Source of the DNA: an uncultured delta proteobacterium
GTDB taxonomy: Bacteria > Desulfobacterota > Desulfomonilia > UBA1062
Reading direction: 5' to 3'
Length of the DNA stretch: 64,000 nucleotides
Assembly (NCBI GenBank): GCA_963785235.1
Contig: CAWAUM010000011.1
Location: 96,001-160,000 of the forward strand
Shown: positions 53,940 to 64,000 of the stretch, piece by piece
Numbering within the stretch: position 1 is the first letter of the stretch
Layout: each line of letters opens with the position of its first letter
Translations under genes and position numbers: made by a program
The notes under the pieces: model-generated
The model's input: only the letters and a program-made list of their open reading frames with translations
Told to the model about the DNA's origin: nothing
Database searches by the model: none

Positions 53940-55113
53940 TCAGGAGATCTCAGCCTCACTCAGGTAGCATGCAGGGTCCTCGCCCCAGGTGTCGCCGGTG
54001 GCCGCCTCGGCCCGAGCCCTGAAGTTGCCCGCGCATACGTCGAGCCACCTGCATCCCCGGCACCTTCCCTGTACGAAATCCTTCTTGTTTTTCATCTGCA
54101 TGAGGAACTCGTTTTTCGTGTTGTCCCATATCTCGGGGAAAGGTTTTTCCAGGACATTGCCCAGCACCTTGGTGCGCCAGAACTGGTCGGGGTACACATC
54201 GCCGTCCCAGTTGATGCAGCCGATGCCCAGGCCAGAAGAGTTGCCTGCGTTCATCTTCATCAGTTCCAGAACCTCTCCTGCTCGCGGATTGCCTTCTTTC
54301 ATCATGCGCAGGTATACGTACGGGCCGTCAGCATGGTTGTCTACGGTGAGCACCTCAACATTCCGGCCGGCATCGATCATCTCCCTTGTACGGTCCATGA
54401 TGAGGTCAAGGGTCTGCCTGGTCTGCTCGTGCGTGAGGTCGTCTGCCATGAGCTCCTTGGCCCTGCCGGTATAGACCAGGTGATAGAAGCAGATCCTGGG
54501 TATGCCCTCTTTTCTCATGAGGTCGAATATGCCGGGTATCTGATCCGCGTTACGCCGGTTCATGGTGAAGCGGAGCCCCACCTTGATGTTCTGGTGCATG
54601 GCATTATAGATGCCCGGCCAGGGCCTCCTTGAAAGCGCCTTTGACCCCCCGGAAGGTGTCGTTTATTTCTTCCAGGCCGTCCAGGCTCACCCCGATGTAG
54701 GAAAGGCCAAGGTCGGCAAACCGCATGGCCATGTCCTGGGAGATGAGCGTTCCGTTGGTGGAGATGACTGCGCGCATGCCGGACTTTACCGCTGCGTCGA
54801 TGAGCCTCGGGAGGTCCTTGCGGATGGTGGGCTCGCCACCCGAGAACAGGACCACAGGGGCGCCGTAGTCTGCAAGTGTTGCTATGAGTTCGAGCCCCTG
54901 CTTGGTTGTGAGCTCCTGTTCAGCCTTGCCCGCAGAGGCATAGCAGTGCACGCACTTGAGGTTGCACGCACTTGTTATGTTCCAGACCACCACGGGCTTC
55001 TTGTCAATAGAGAACTGGAGCAGGTGGGATGGCAGTTCCTTGGATGAACGGCCGTAGCGCAAAGGGTCTGATGCCTCGACGGTGCCGCAGTAGAGCTTTG
55101 ATATGCCGATCAT
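53940..55113 (-). CDS. ahbC: Radical SAM 12,18-didecarboxysiroheme deacetylase (frameshift near 54605)
   Basis: MIGISKLYCGTVEASDPLRYGR start, CNLKCVHC, TVDNHADG and a SPASM-like C-terminus ending DPACYL. Confidence 0.9.
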
Positions 55114-56591
55114 GGTGTTTCTCCTAGTAATGTCTTGATGATGCCCTCATCAGTGTATTCGGATGCGATGAGGGCAGGGGTGAGGCCATAGCCTTCCATG
55201 GCCTTCGCCGTGACCGGCCCGATGGCGACGAGTCTTTTGGCGCCAAGAAGTGCAGGTTCGCCTCCCAGGAGCTCAAGGGCATGCCTGATGCCTGAAGGGC
55301 TCGTGAAGATGGCGGTGTCAATGCCAATGAGGGCCTGCAGGAACGTTTCCGGGCTCGCGGTTTTTGGAAGGATGGTATCGTAGACGATGATCTCGTCCAC
55401 CAAGGCCCCCCTGGCCTGCAGTGCCTCAACCAGGTAGGGTCTTGCGCCTCTGGCCCTGGGCAGGCACACCTTCCGGCCCGTGAGATCCCTGTTGCCGAGG
55501 AGCTCCACAATACCTTCAGCCCTGAATTCACGCGCCATGCCATCGGCAACGATCCCATAGCCTTTCAATGCATCGCGTGTTTTGGGTCCGATGCACAAGA
55601 CCTCTGTTGATGAGAATGTCCTGGCATCTTTACCTTGTGAGAACAGCTTATCAAAGAACAGGCTCACCGCGTTCTGGGAGGTGAAGATGAGCATGTCACA
55701 GGTCTTGAGGTCAGGTATTTCAAACGGCAGTGCAGCGATCTCGATGAGGGGGTAGACCACCGCCCTGGCGCCCTTGGACGCAAAGAGAGAGGCCGTCTCA
55801 AAGGCAAGGTGGTCAGGCCTTGTGATGAGCACCGACATGCCGGACATGGGCAGGTCATTCTTGGAGAAGAGTTTCTCGCTCAGGTTCACCACCTTACCAA
55901 CGACGATGATGCAGGGCGAGGCTATATGCTTAAGCTCTGCCTCATGACCAATGGAACTTAAGGTGGAGATGATCTGGCGTTGAAAGGGGGTTGTTGCCTC
56001 CTGTACCACTGCGCAAGGTGTGTCTGGGGCCATGCCTTCTTCCATAAGCTTGCTGGCTATGGCTCCGATCCTGCCCGCACCCATGAGGAATACGATGGTG
56101 CCAGGCTCCTTGGCCAGATGAGGCCAGTCGAGGAAACCGGAATCCTTGGTTGGGTCTTCGTGGGCCGTGACAAAGGTTACCGATGCTGCAAACCCCCTGT
56201 GTGTTGGCGGGATGCCTGCGCTTATGGGGCCGGCAATGGCTGAGGTGATGCCGGGGATGATCTCAACAGGGATGCCGTGGCCCCTTAAAAATAATGCCTC
56301 CTCCCCGCCTCGGCCGAAGATACAGGGGTCGCCGCCTTTGAGGCGGGCCACGTTCAGCCCTTCCTGTGCGAGTTCCAAAAGCAGCCCGTTGATCTGGGGC
56401 TGTTTCATGTATTCCTTGCCGGCGCGTTTGCCCACATAGATCTTCCGGGCCTGCCCGGGTGCAAGTCCTAAGACCTCTTCGGGGATAAGGTCGTCGTAGA
56501 CCACGGCATCGCATCCTTCAAGGATGCGCCGTGCCTTGATGGTAATAAGCTCCGGATCACCCGGACCTGCCCCGATAAGAAATACCTTCAT
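55110..56591 (-). CDS. cobA: Uroporphyrinogen-III C-methyltransferase / synthase fusion (CobA-HemD)
   Basis: GAGPGDPELIT and RLKGGDPCIFGRGGEE, followed by a HemD domain (LITRP, FTSQNAV, IGPVTA). Confidence 0.93.
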   Translation of the reverse strand: MKVFLIGAGPGDPELITIKARRILEGCDAVVYDDLIPEEVLGLAPGQARKIYVGKRAGKEYMKQPQINGLLLELAQEGLNVARLKGGDPCIFGRGGEEALFLRGHGIPVEIIPGITSAIAGPISAGIPPTHRGFAASVTFVTAHEDPTKDSGFLDWPHLAKEPGTIVFLMGAGRIGAIASKLMEEGMAPDTPCAVVQEATTPFQRQIISTLSSIGHEAELKHIASPCIIVVGKVVNLSEKLFSKNDLPMSGMSVLITRPDHLAFETASLFASKGARAVVYPLIEIAALPFEIPDLKTCDMLIFTSQNAVSLFFDKLFSQGKDARTFSSTEVLCIGPKTRDALKGYGIVADGMAREFRAEGIVELLGNRDLTGRKVCLPRARGARPYLVEALQARGALVDEIIVYDTILPKTASPETFLQALIGIDTAIFTSPSGIRHALELLGGEPALLGAKRLVAIGPVTAKAMEGYGLTPALIASEYTDEGIIKTLLGETP

Positions 56592-57478
56592 TGCGAACCG
56601 TTCCCGTGTATTTTCTCCATGAGGTTCATTGCCAGGGCGCTTCCTACCTCCGTAGTCGTGCCATTCATGGACATCTTGGCCATGGTTGCCTCGTCCGGCG
56701 ATCCGAGCATGCCCGTGATGGAGATTTCTTGGCCATTCACAACAGCAAGCGCGCCTGCCGGGAGGTTACAGTCCGCTCCGAGCTTTGCCAGGAAAGTCCG
56801 CTCGGCCTCGGCGCATACCCTGGTAGGGGAATGATCGAGCTTGCCAAGCATCTCTTTGAGCTCGGTATCTTTTTCCCTGCACTCCACTGCAATGATGCCC
56901 TGGCCGGGTGAAGGTATCATCTTTTGGGGATCAATGGCAATGCCAAGGGGTAATCCGAGCCTGATAACTCCGGCTGCCGCCAGGATGACCGCATCGAAGT
57001 TTTCTCCCGCCTTTTTCAACCGGGTAGGCACATTCCCCCTGATCTCCATGACCTTAAGATCAGGTCGGACCATTTTGATCTGGCACCTCCTGCGCATGCT
57101 GGAAGTGCCGATGCTTGATCCGACCGGCAGGGTATCCAGGTCATAGTTACTTTTGGAGAAGAGCATGTCCCGTGGATCTTCCCGGGTAAGGCATGCACCT
57201 ATGATAAGTCCCCGGGGCAAGACGGCCTGCATATCCTTCAGGCTGTGAACCGCCATGTCGATATGTCCCTTCATGAGTTGGCGCTCGATGTCCTTGACAA
57301 AAACACCCTTGCCGCCAATGGCATCCAGCGGGGCGTCGGCCAGGATATCGCCGGCTGTGCTGATAGTGACGACCTCGGTAACTAGCCCGGGCACTGCCCG
57401 GTCCAGCGCAGATCTCACCATCTCAGTCTGGGCCAGCGCCAGGGCGCTACCCCTTGTGCCGATCCGAAAAGTCCTCAT
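56588..57478 (-). CDS. hemC: Hydroxymethylbilane synthase
   Basis: Motifs IGTRGSALALAQ, GGKGVFVK, AVHSLKD, GTSSMRR and IRGNV. Confidence 0.95.
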   Translation of the reverse strand: MRTFRIGTRGSALALAQTEMVRSALDRAVPGLVTEVVTISTAGDILADAPLDAIGGKGVFVKDIERQLMKGHIDMAVHSLKDMQAVLPRGLIIGACLTREDPRDMLFSKSNYDLDTLPVGSSIGTSSMRRRCQIKMVRPDLKVMEIRGNVPTRLKKAGENFDAVILAAAGVIRLGLPLGIAIDPQKMIPSPGQGIIAVECREKDTELKEMLGKLDHSPTRVCAEAERTFLAKLGADCNLPAGALAVVNGQEISITGMLGSPDEATMAKMSMNGTTTEVGSALAMNLMEKIHGNGSQ

Positions 57479-58682
57479 CAAGCTGAAATATCCTCCGTAC
57501 GTTCTCGATATATTTAATCTGTGGATGTTCCTTCAGAAAGCTCACGGGCCGGTGAAGCAGTCTTTTATAGGATGCCCGCAAAGAGTTTTCCACAACGGAT
57601 TTTTTATCATCAGGGATGGACAGAGAGTCAAGCTGGTCTGCGATATGGGATTCCATGAGGTTGAACAGGTCTTTGATGGTGGACTGGGCGGACAGTGAAT
57701 CCAGCCATTTTTCAAACTTGTCAACCTCCTGGTCGATAATTCCGAGGGCCCTTTTCGCTTCTGTTTCACGGTGGGCGAAGTGCTTATCAACAATGGCCTT
57801 CAAGCCATCGATGTCGTAGAGATAGCAGTTGTAGCACTTGCCCACGGCCTCCTCTACGTCCCTGGGCACAGCGATGTCGATGATGATAATGGGCCGGTTC
57901 TTCCTGACCTTCATGGCCGTTGCCACCATGTCCCTGGTAATGATGGGGCGCATGGACCCGGTGGAGGTGATGACGATGTCGCTTGCAGCAAGCTCATCTG
58001 ACAGGCTTTCGAAAGGCAGTGCACTGCCGCCCAGGTCTTTCGCAAGGTCACAGGCTGCGCTCAGGGTACGGTTGATGATGTGCATGTGTTTTACACCCCT
58101 GTCTTTCAGGCGTCTGGCAGCAATACCCGCCATGTCGCCTGCCCCTATGATGAGCACTGAGCTTTCATTGATATCTCCGAAGATGTGCTCGGCCAGCTCG
58201 ACTGCCTCTGATGCCACCGAGACGGGGTAATCCCCTATGCCGGTCTCGGTGCGGATACGTTTTGCAGTCCTGAACGCCCGGTGGAGGGCCTTGTTCAGGA
58301 TGGTGTCAGTGATGTTTGCAGCAAGGGCATGCCGGTAGGAATCCTTCAACTGCCCAAGGATCTGGGGTTCGCCCAGGACCAGCGAGTCAAGGCCCGAGGC
58401 TACCATGAAGAGGTGGCGGACCGCATCAACGCCGCTGAGATACTCGGAAACCTTTTCGATCCTTGCGCTATCGACCCCTGAGAGGCCTTCGAGAAGCTTC
58501 AGCAGGGATGCCTTTTCCAGGGAGGTGAAGTAAACCTCGGTGCGGTTGCAGGTATTCAAGGGGCAAGCCTCGGCGTCATGAGTGAGTATGGACTGGAGAT
58601 CCGCAGGCTCGATCCTGATGCGTTCCCTGATGTCCACCGGGGCGTTTTTGTGGTTGATACTGACGCAGCAGATCCTTTCCAT
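57447..58682 (-). CDS. hemA: Glutamyl-tRNA reductase
   Basis: Motifs TCNRTE, ASGLDSLVLGEPQILGQ, IGAGDM and DIAVPRDV. Confidence 0.95.
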   Translation of the reverse strand: MERICCVSINHKNAPVDIRERIRIEPADLQSILTHDAEACPLNTCNRTEVYFTSLEKASLLKLLEGLSGVDSARIEKVSEYLSGVDAVRHLFMVASGLDSLVLGEPQILGQLKDSYRHALAANITDTILNKALHRAFRTAKRIRTETGIGDYPVSVASEAVELAEHIFGDINESSVLIIGAGDMAGIAARRLKDRGVKHMHIINRTLSAACDLAKDLGGSALPFESLSDELAASDIVITSTGSMRPIITRDMVATAMKVRKNRPIIIIDIAVPRDVEEAVGKCYNCYLYDIDGLKAIVDKHFAHRETEAKRALGIIDQEVDKFEKWLDSLSAQSTIKDLFNLMESHIADQLDSLSIPDDKKSVVENSLRASYKRLLHRPVSFLKEHPQIKYIENVRRIFQLDEDFSDRHKG

Positions 58683-59494
58683 CAGATAAGCCTTATTCCA
58701 TGGGAGTCAGGGAAGGCGAGGTTGATAACGATGAATAACAGCGCCATGAGCCCAAAGCCCATGAGGGTTATAATGGCAGTGCGCCTCCCTTTCCATCCGA
58801 TGGCCAGCCTCTGGTGCAGGCTCAGGGCAAAGACAAGCCATGTCAGGCTTCCGGCAATTACCTTGGGGGCTATATGGCTGAATCGAAGCCCTGCTGAGGA
58901 TGCCCACAGGCCTCCTAAGATCATGCCGAGCGTGATGGCAATGAAGCCGAACGAGAGCGATATATACAGTATGGTATCCAGTATGGTGAGCGGCGGCAGG
59001 GCGGATACGGACGTGTGGATGGATCCTGTGCGGATATTGTGCTCGTGTATGAGGTAAACCACCGAGACAATGGCTGCCACGACGAAAAAGGCCTCACCCG
59101 CGATAACGCTCAGGGTATGAAGGGGGTAGAAATACTGATACGAGATCATCAAGACTTCAGGTTGGACCTGCAGGGATGGGGCGATGAAGGCCAGCACACA
59201 CGAGGCCACAGGCAGGAAGAATGCTGCGAGCACCGATGTGCGCCTTTTCATGACATAAGGCACGAATGCCATTGATGAGAAAAATATGATGACATTGAGG
59301 GCCTGGCTTGGCGTAGCCACAGGGAGACGGCCTGATGTATGCCATAATGTTATGACAAAGAGCGCATGGGCGGCAATACATACTGCGTAGAAAAACCGTA
59401 ACGGGACAAGGAGGCTTTTTCTTCTTGAGAAGAGATAGGCAATGAATCCGAGACCGGTCAGGGTGTAGAGGACCAGGACGAGGGAGATGGTCAT
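58682..59494 (-). CDS. CcsA/HemX-like cytochrome c biogenesis membrane protein
   Basis: Multi-TM with LH, G.LW and PK...GWKGRR motifs, in the typical position upstream of hemA. Confidence 0.82.
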   Translation of the reverse strand: MTISLVLVLYTLTGLGFIAYLFSRRKSLLVPLRFFYAVCIAAHALFVITLWHTSGRLPVATPSQALNVIIFFSSMAFVPYVMKRRTSVLAAFFLPVASCVLAFIAPSLQVQPEVLMISYQYFYPLHTLSVIAGEAFFVVAAIVSVVYLIHEHNIRTGSIHTSVSALPPLTILDTILYISLSFGFIAITLGMILGGLWASSAGLRFSHIAPKVIAGSLTWLVFALSLHQRLAIGWKGRRTAIITLMGFGLMALLFIVINLAFPDSHGIRLI

Positions 59495-60153
59495 GGTATG
59501 ATCCCCGTCAGGTCGATGTGCTGCCCCAGTGCCTGGAAGAGGATATCCTCGGCGAGCCTGCGGTCGCCCGAGCGGATGGCATCGATAAGCTCCGAATCGA
59601 TGAGCAGCTCAAAGATCCTCTTGTGATCATCGGAGGTGCCTCTCTGAGAACGGACAAGGGGACGGATTAACCCTAAGATGGCTGCCAGGCCTACGTACTC
59701 GTCACCGATGTTCTTGCCGATGAGCATGCGCAATCTCCTGGAAAGGGTAGGGGAAAAGCCGCCCGTGGAGATGGCGATCTTTATGGGGCCACGGTCCACT
59801 ATGGAGGGTACAATGAACGAGCAGAGTTCGGGTCTGTCCACTACATTACAGAAGATACGGCGTTGGAGGGCCTCTTCACTCACAGCACGGTTTATCTTCT
59901 CGCTGTCCGTGGCTGCGATTACCAGGAAGGCCCCCTCCAGATCGTCTTCCTCGTATTCCCTGAGATCTATGGCAACATCGGCGGTTTCTGCAATCTCACT
60001 CACTACCTGTGGCGCTATGACCTTAACCCTTGCGCCTGCCTTCACCAGAGATTCCACCTTCCGGGCCGCCACCATACCCCCTCCCACAACCACTGCGAGC
60101 CTGTCCCGCAAGTCAACGAAGATCGGAAAGTACATGTTTTCCTGATTATCCAT
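59491..60153 (-). CDS. Precorrin-2 dehydrogenase / sirohydrochlorin ferrochelatase (CysG N-terminal/Met8-like)
   Basis: Motifs YFPIF, VVGGGMVAARK, IAATD, NVVD.P..C.F..P and ISTGGFSP. Confidence 0.92.
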   Translation of the reverse strand: MDNQENMYFPIFVDLRDRLAVVVGGGMVAARKVESLVKAGARVKVIAPQVVSEIAETADVAIDLREYEEDDLEGAFLVIAATDSEKINRAVSEEALQRRIFCNVVDRPELCSFIVPSIVDRGPIKIAISTGGFSPTLSRRLRMLIGKNIGDEYVGLAAILGLIRPLVRSQRGTSDDHKRIFELLIDSELIDAIRSGDRRLAEDILFQALGQHIDLTGIIP

Positions 60154-60159
60154 TGGGGA

Positions 60160-60918
60160 CTACAGTACCTCTTTCATCCAGTCCCGGATGATCTGTATGA
60201 TCCGGGGGTCTTTTCGCAACTGGTGGCCGGCACCTTCCAAGATAGTTATCTTCTTGGGTTGCCATGCCTTATCATAGAGCTTCCTGGCATGGCTTACAGG
60301 AACGGTCTCGTCATGGTCGCCATGCACGATCCCTACCGGCCGTGGGTATATGAACGGCAGCCAGTGGGCCGGATCAACTTCGAGAAAATCGTTGTACCAT
60401 TTCATGATATCTTCGGGAAAGGAATCGTCACGAATAGTCCCGATGGAAAGGAAGTGTGCCCTCAGGAGGGAGGGGTCCTCGGGTAAGATATCGGCAAAGT
60501 TGCATGGTGTTGCCATGAGGAGCAGGCTTGCAACATGCTTATTATATGAAACGATCCTTGCAGCAACGGCCCCGCCTGCAGAAAAACCGATACAGTGGAT
60601 GGATTTCGGCTCAATACCGGGGCAGTCGTAAACCTTATCGATGACAGCGTCCAGGTCATTGTGCCAGCTTGACATGTCGATGTTTCCCTCGGACAGCCCA
60701 CAGCCTGAAAAATTAAAGGTGGCACATGCAAAACCGTGGCTGGTGAATTCTTCAAAGAGGGGAATATAGCCCCTGTCACTGGGGTCTGGTTTCGAGCCTG
60801 GTATCCCGTGGCAGAAGATAAGCGCTGGCAGCAGGCCTTTCGGTGCAGGCTCAGGAAAGTAGAGCCATGCCTTGATTTTTCTCCCCTGGCGGGTGAGTGC
60901 TAACTCTCTCGATTTCAT
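60160..60918 (-). CDS. Alpha/beta-fold hydrolase
   Basis: CHGIPG, GFSAGG nucleophile elbow, HGDHDETVP and GAGH; start placed at MKSREL. Confidence 0.88.
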   Translation of the reverse strand: MKSRELALTRQGRKIKAWLYFPEPAPKGLLPALIFCHGIPGSKPDPSDRGYIPLFEEFTSHGFACATFNFSGCGLSEGNIDMSSWHNDLDAVIDKVYDCPGIEPKSIHCIGFSAGGAVAARIVSYNKHVASLLLMATPCNFADILPEDPSLLRAHFLSIGTIRDDSFPEDIMKWYNDFLEVDPAHWLPFIYPRPVGIVHGDHDETVPVSHARKLYDKAWQPKKITILEGAGHQLRKDPRIIQIIRDWMKEVL

Positions 60919-61990
60919 CCTGCAGCAGCTTGTATCTCCTGTAAACGTAGGCCCACGATTTGAGCTCATTCTCATCAAGCACCAACTCGTCATTGTCCGG
61001 GAATGCCCTTACCGGCAGCCGGTTACTTCCGGCGAGCTGTCTCATGCTGTGCTCTGGTATGTCTAAAAGCCTGGAGGCCTCAATGATGGACATGCGGGCT
61101 TTTTTGCCTCCACCCACCTTTTTAAAAACAAAGGTCTGGAGGATTGTCTTCTGTGTCTGCTCCGGATCAATGGCATGCGCCCTGTCGAGATAGGAAGTGT
61201 ATTCCTCGTCCATCTGATATTTAATATTGCCGAGTTCCACAAGGGCCCTTATATCGCCAGGGTGTTCTTCTAACATCTTCTCAAGGATTTCATATGCGTG
61301 CACCATGTCGTTGAGGAAGAAGTGGATCTCAGAGAGATAAAGGTAGGTATCCTTCTCCTTATCGCCTAGTTCCATGGCCCTTGTAAACATCTCCAGGGCA
61401 AGATCCAGATGGCCCAGTTCGCGGTGGCAGATGCCTATGAGCTTGGTTATGAATGGGCTTGTGGAGCACAGGATGTTCGCCTTTTCCAGATCATCTGCCG
61501 CTATGGTATAGTATCCTTGTGACATCTTGTCCGTGGCCCGGCCCATGAAGATTTTGAAGCGCTCCTCAAAATCCTTGGCGCTCAAAGAGCTGGATCCATC
61601 CTTGAAGTGGAACCCCGAGGTGCACAGGTCAATGAACTCGCGGTTCTCATGAAGATCTTCCTCAATATTGAGTACATCTATCACCCGCTGGCACAGGTTT
61701 TTTATAGGCAGCATGGTGTCGGTCTTGTTGGCTACAAAGAGCCCGACGTTTAAGGCCTCATTTTTTTCAATCTCAGAAAGGTGCTTGGCCTCGCTGATAA
61801 GTTCTTTGAAAAAGAAGTTCACCATCTCTTTGGAGTTGGTTATAGGTAGCACCATGGCCGATTTATACTCTCCGCCGGGACAGGTATATTCGAAACTCAG
61901 CCACAGCTCCCGATATTCGTTATCAATTCGTTCCACTTCTACTGAAATGAGCTCAATAAGCCCTCTTGGGTGTTCCAATTTTCCGCGCAT
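60851..61990 (-). CDS. TPR protein with C-terminal excisionase-like HTH
   Basis: TPR-like repeats (GICHRELGHLDLALEMFTRAMEL) followed by MSIIEASRLLDIPEHSMRQLAGSNRLP...ELKSW. Confidence 0.75.
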   Translation of the reverse strand: MRGKLEHPRGLIELISVEVERIDNEYRELWLSFEYTCPGGEYKSAMVLPITNSKEMVNFFFKELISEAKHLSEIEKNEALNVGLFVANKTDTMLPIKNLCQRVIDVLNIEEDLHENREFIDLCTSGFHFKDGSSSLSAKDFEERFKIFMGRATDKMSQGYYTIAADDLEKANILCSTSPFITKLIGICHRELGHLDLALEMFTRAMELGDKEKDTYLYLSEIHFFLNDMVHAYEILEKMLEEHPGDIRALVELGNIKYQMDEEYTSYLDRAHAIDPEQTQKTILQTFVFKKVGGGKKARMSIIEASRLLDIPEHSMRQLAGSNRLPVRAFPDNDELVLDENELKSWAYVYRRYKLLQDEIERVSTHPPGEKNQGMALLS

Positions 61991-62104
61991 GGCTTAGATG
62001 TATTCTCTGGAGTATGAAAAGTCAACACGAACCCAAGATGGCCTTGAAAACTCAGTAGAAATCAGGAATAAATTATGTTAGCCATGGGTATTGGAGGTGA
62101 CTCT

Positions 62105-62812
62105 ATGATTGATTATTTAAAATTTACGAGCTTGTTCCTGGCGGTGTTCGCCCTTTCCCTGATTTCCGTACCATCATGCCATGCATCACCCAAGGTCCAG
62201 GTGGACCAGGCGGTCTATGATGCAGGGACACTGTCCGAGGGTAAGGATATGTCACACGAGTTTATTCTGAAAAACGTTGGCGACCAGAAGCTTATATTCA
62301 AACCCAAACCCTGTTGAGGCGCCACGGTAACTGCCCCGGGAGGGCAGGAGATTGAACCTGGCAAGACCCAGAAAATCGTGGTGAACATTGCAACCCGTTA
62401 TATTAAAGGTGACTTTACGAAAAACATCGAGGTTGAAACCAATGATCCGTCCATGCCGGTTCTCAAGTTGACCATGAAGGCGAAAATTGTTGAGATCCTC
62501 TCCGTAACACCTATGGATGTCAATTTCGGGACGGTGAAAACAGGTTCTATCAATAAAAAGATGTTTACCATTACAAACAAGGGGAAAGAGGCCCTAACCA
62601 TAACCTCCATATCCGCAAACCCTTCAACCGTGCTCTCGGCTTCCCATCAGGGCAAGGTGAAACTTGATCCTGACAAATCCATCTCGGTGGAGGTGCGTTT
62701 TCAGGCAGGTCTGCCTACGGATTTCTTTTTCGGGACATTGCATGTGGAAACTGATCAGGAAACTATCAAGGCCAAGGATGCCCGTATCAGGGCAAAGGTC
62801 GTGGGGGATTAG
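62105..62812 (+). CDS. DUF1573-like exported Ig-fold protein with in-frame UGA (probable selenocysteine at codon 71)
   Basis: The ORFs ending at 62317 and starting at 62378 share a frame with no other stop between them. HEFILKNVGDQKL..KPC-U-GAT...IEPG is DUF1573-like. Confidence 0.8.
62331..62347 (+). promoter_or_regulatory. Candidate bacterial SECIS hairpin
   Basis: CTGCCC-CGGGA-GGGCAG, with a G-containing loop 20-24 nt after the UGA. Confidence 0.6.
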
Positions 62813-62847
62813 TACGACCACTCCCGCTCTCAGTAATATCCACTGAC

Positions 62848-64000
62848 ATGAGGGATGGCTTCAGGAAGAACGTAGCCACTGTCGGTGGGCTCACTGCAGT
62901 CAGCCGAATCCTCGGTTTTATCCGTGATATGATAATGGCCTGGCTCCTCGGGGCAGGCCTCCTGGCCGATGCCTTTGTCGTTGCGAACAGGATCCCCAAC
63001 CTGCTCAGGCGATTCATGGCCGAAGGCGCTGTCAGTGTGGCTTTCGTCCCTGTGTTCAGTGAGGTCAAGGAGCGTGAGGGCCTCGAGCGGGCCTACCTCA
63101 TGGCCCAGCAGATCATGACGTTGATGTTCTACGGCCTGGTGGTTGTGGTGATCATCGGCGAGTTCGCCGCTCCTGCCCTTGTTGCAGTCATGGCCCCGGG
63201 ATTTCTGCAAAGTGGTGTCTTCGACATCACGGTTCACCTTACCCGGATCATGTTTCCGTACATACTCCTTATAGGCGTGTCAGTGCTCTTCATGGGGATC
63301 CTCAACTCGTTGGGGCATTTTGCAGCACCTGCTGCTGCGCCGATCCTCATGAACCTCTTTATGATCGGGGTGCCGATGGTGTGTTATGTTGCATATCCCC
63401 TGTTCTCTTCGCCTGCAGATGCGTTGGCGTGGGGGGTGATAACCGGGGGTGTTGCCCAGATCCTGATCCAGATACCCCCTTTGCTGAAAAGACATGTCCC
63501 CCTGGGATTCACTTCCAAGCTTCAATTCCCCGCGGGTAAGGCAAGTGATCCGCCTCCTTGGCGTGGCGGCTATCGGGGCCTCCATATATCAGATCAATGT
63601 TCTTATAGGGACCTTGCTTGCCTCGCTGCTTCCCCGGGGAAGCGTTTCCTATCTTTATTACGCAAACAGGATTCTGGAACTGCCTTTAGGGGTCTTCGCC
63701 TTTGCAGTGGGCAATGTGATGCTGCCCGCCATGAGCTCTGCCTCTGCGCGTTTTGATACAGAGCGGTTCTCTTTTCTCATGGGTAGGGGGCTTCTGGCTG
63801 TCCTTCTCTTCACAATCCCGGCCACTGTGGGCGCGCTTGTTCTGGCAAAACCTATCTTCGCTGTCCTCTTTATGCGTGGCGCCTTTACCTATCACGATGC
63901 CCTTGCATCGGCTTATGCCCTGCAGATGTATGGCTTAAGTCTTTGGGCTGTAGGATATACGCGGATACAGACTCAAGCGCTCTACGCCATGCAAAAGGCC
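62848..64000 (+). CDS. murJ: Lipid II flippase MurJ (frameshift near 63525; 3'-partial)
   Basis: Motifs SRILGFIRD, ADAFVVANRIPNLLRR..AEGA and IMFPY; YANRILELP in the shifted frame. Confidence 0.93.

Overview
This 64 kb window is mostly core chromosome of an anaerobic deltaproteobacterium-like organism (Desulfobacterota-like, inferred from gene content: ahbC haem pathway, rubrerythrin, sigma54 systems, a probable selenoprotein). It holds about 55 CDS, including ctpA, hflX, serS, cls, lemA, htpX x2, rarA, phoH/ybeY, queD/folE2, accC, ispA-dxs-tlyA-ispH, fadD, rnz, two MCPs, a hem/ahb operon and murJ. It also has 7 tRNAs, a yybP-ykoY (Mn) riboswitch and an AT-richer islet after tRNA-Ser. Many genes, including essential ones, carry small frameshifting indels, almost certainly long-read sequencing errors. 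The best candidate for an undescribed system is at 30.9-32.7 kb: two convergent sigma54-driven mini-operons, each pairing a small membrane protein with an ATP-synthase c-subunit-like 'EA..F.L' helix with an AtpZ/AtpI-family protein, with no atp operon in the window. Other notable items are a UGA-readthrough (Cys-Sec) DUF1573-like protein with a SECIS-like hairpin, an ATT start codon on hflX behind a NusG paralogue, a Mn riboswitch on htpX, a lox-like site beside a recombinase stub, and a perfect 28-bp inverted repeat upstream of accC. All calls come from reading the sequence; no database searches were run.
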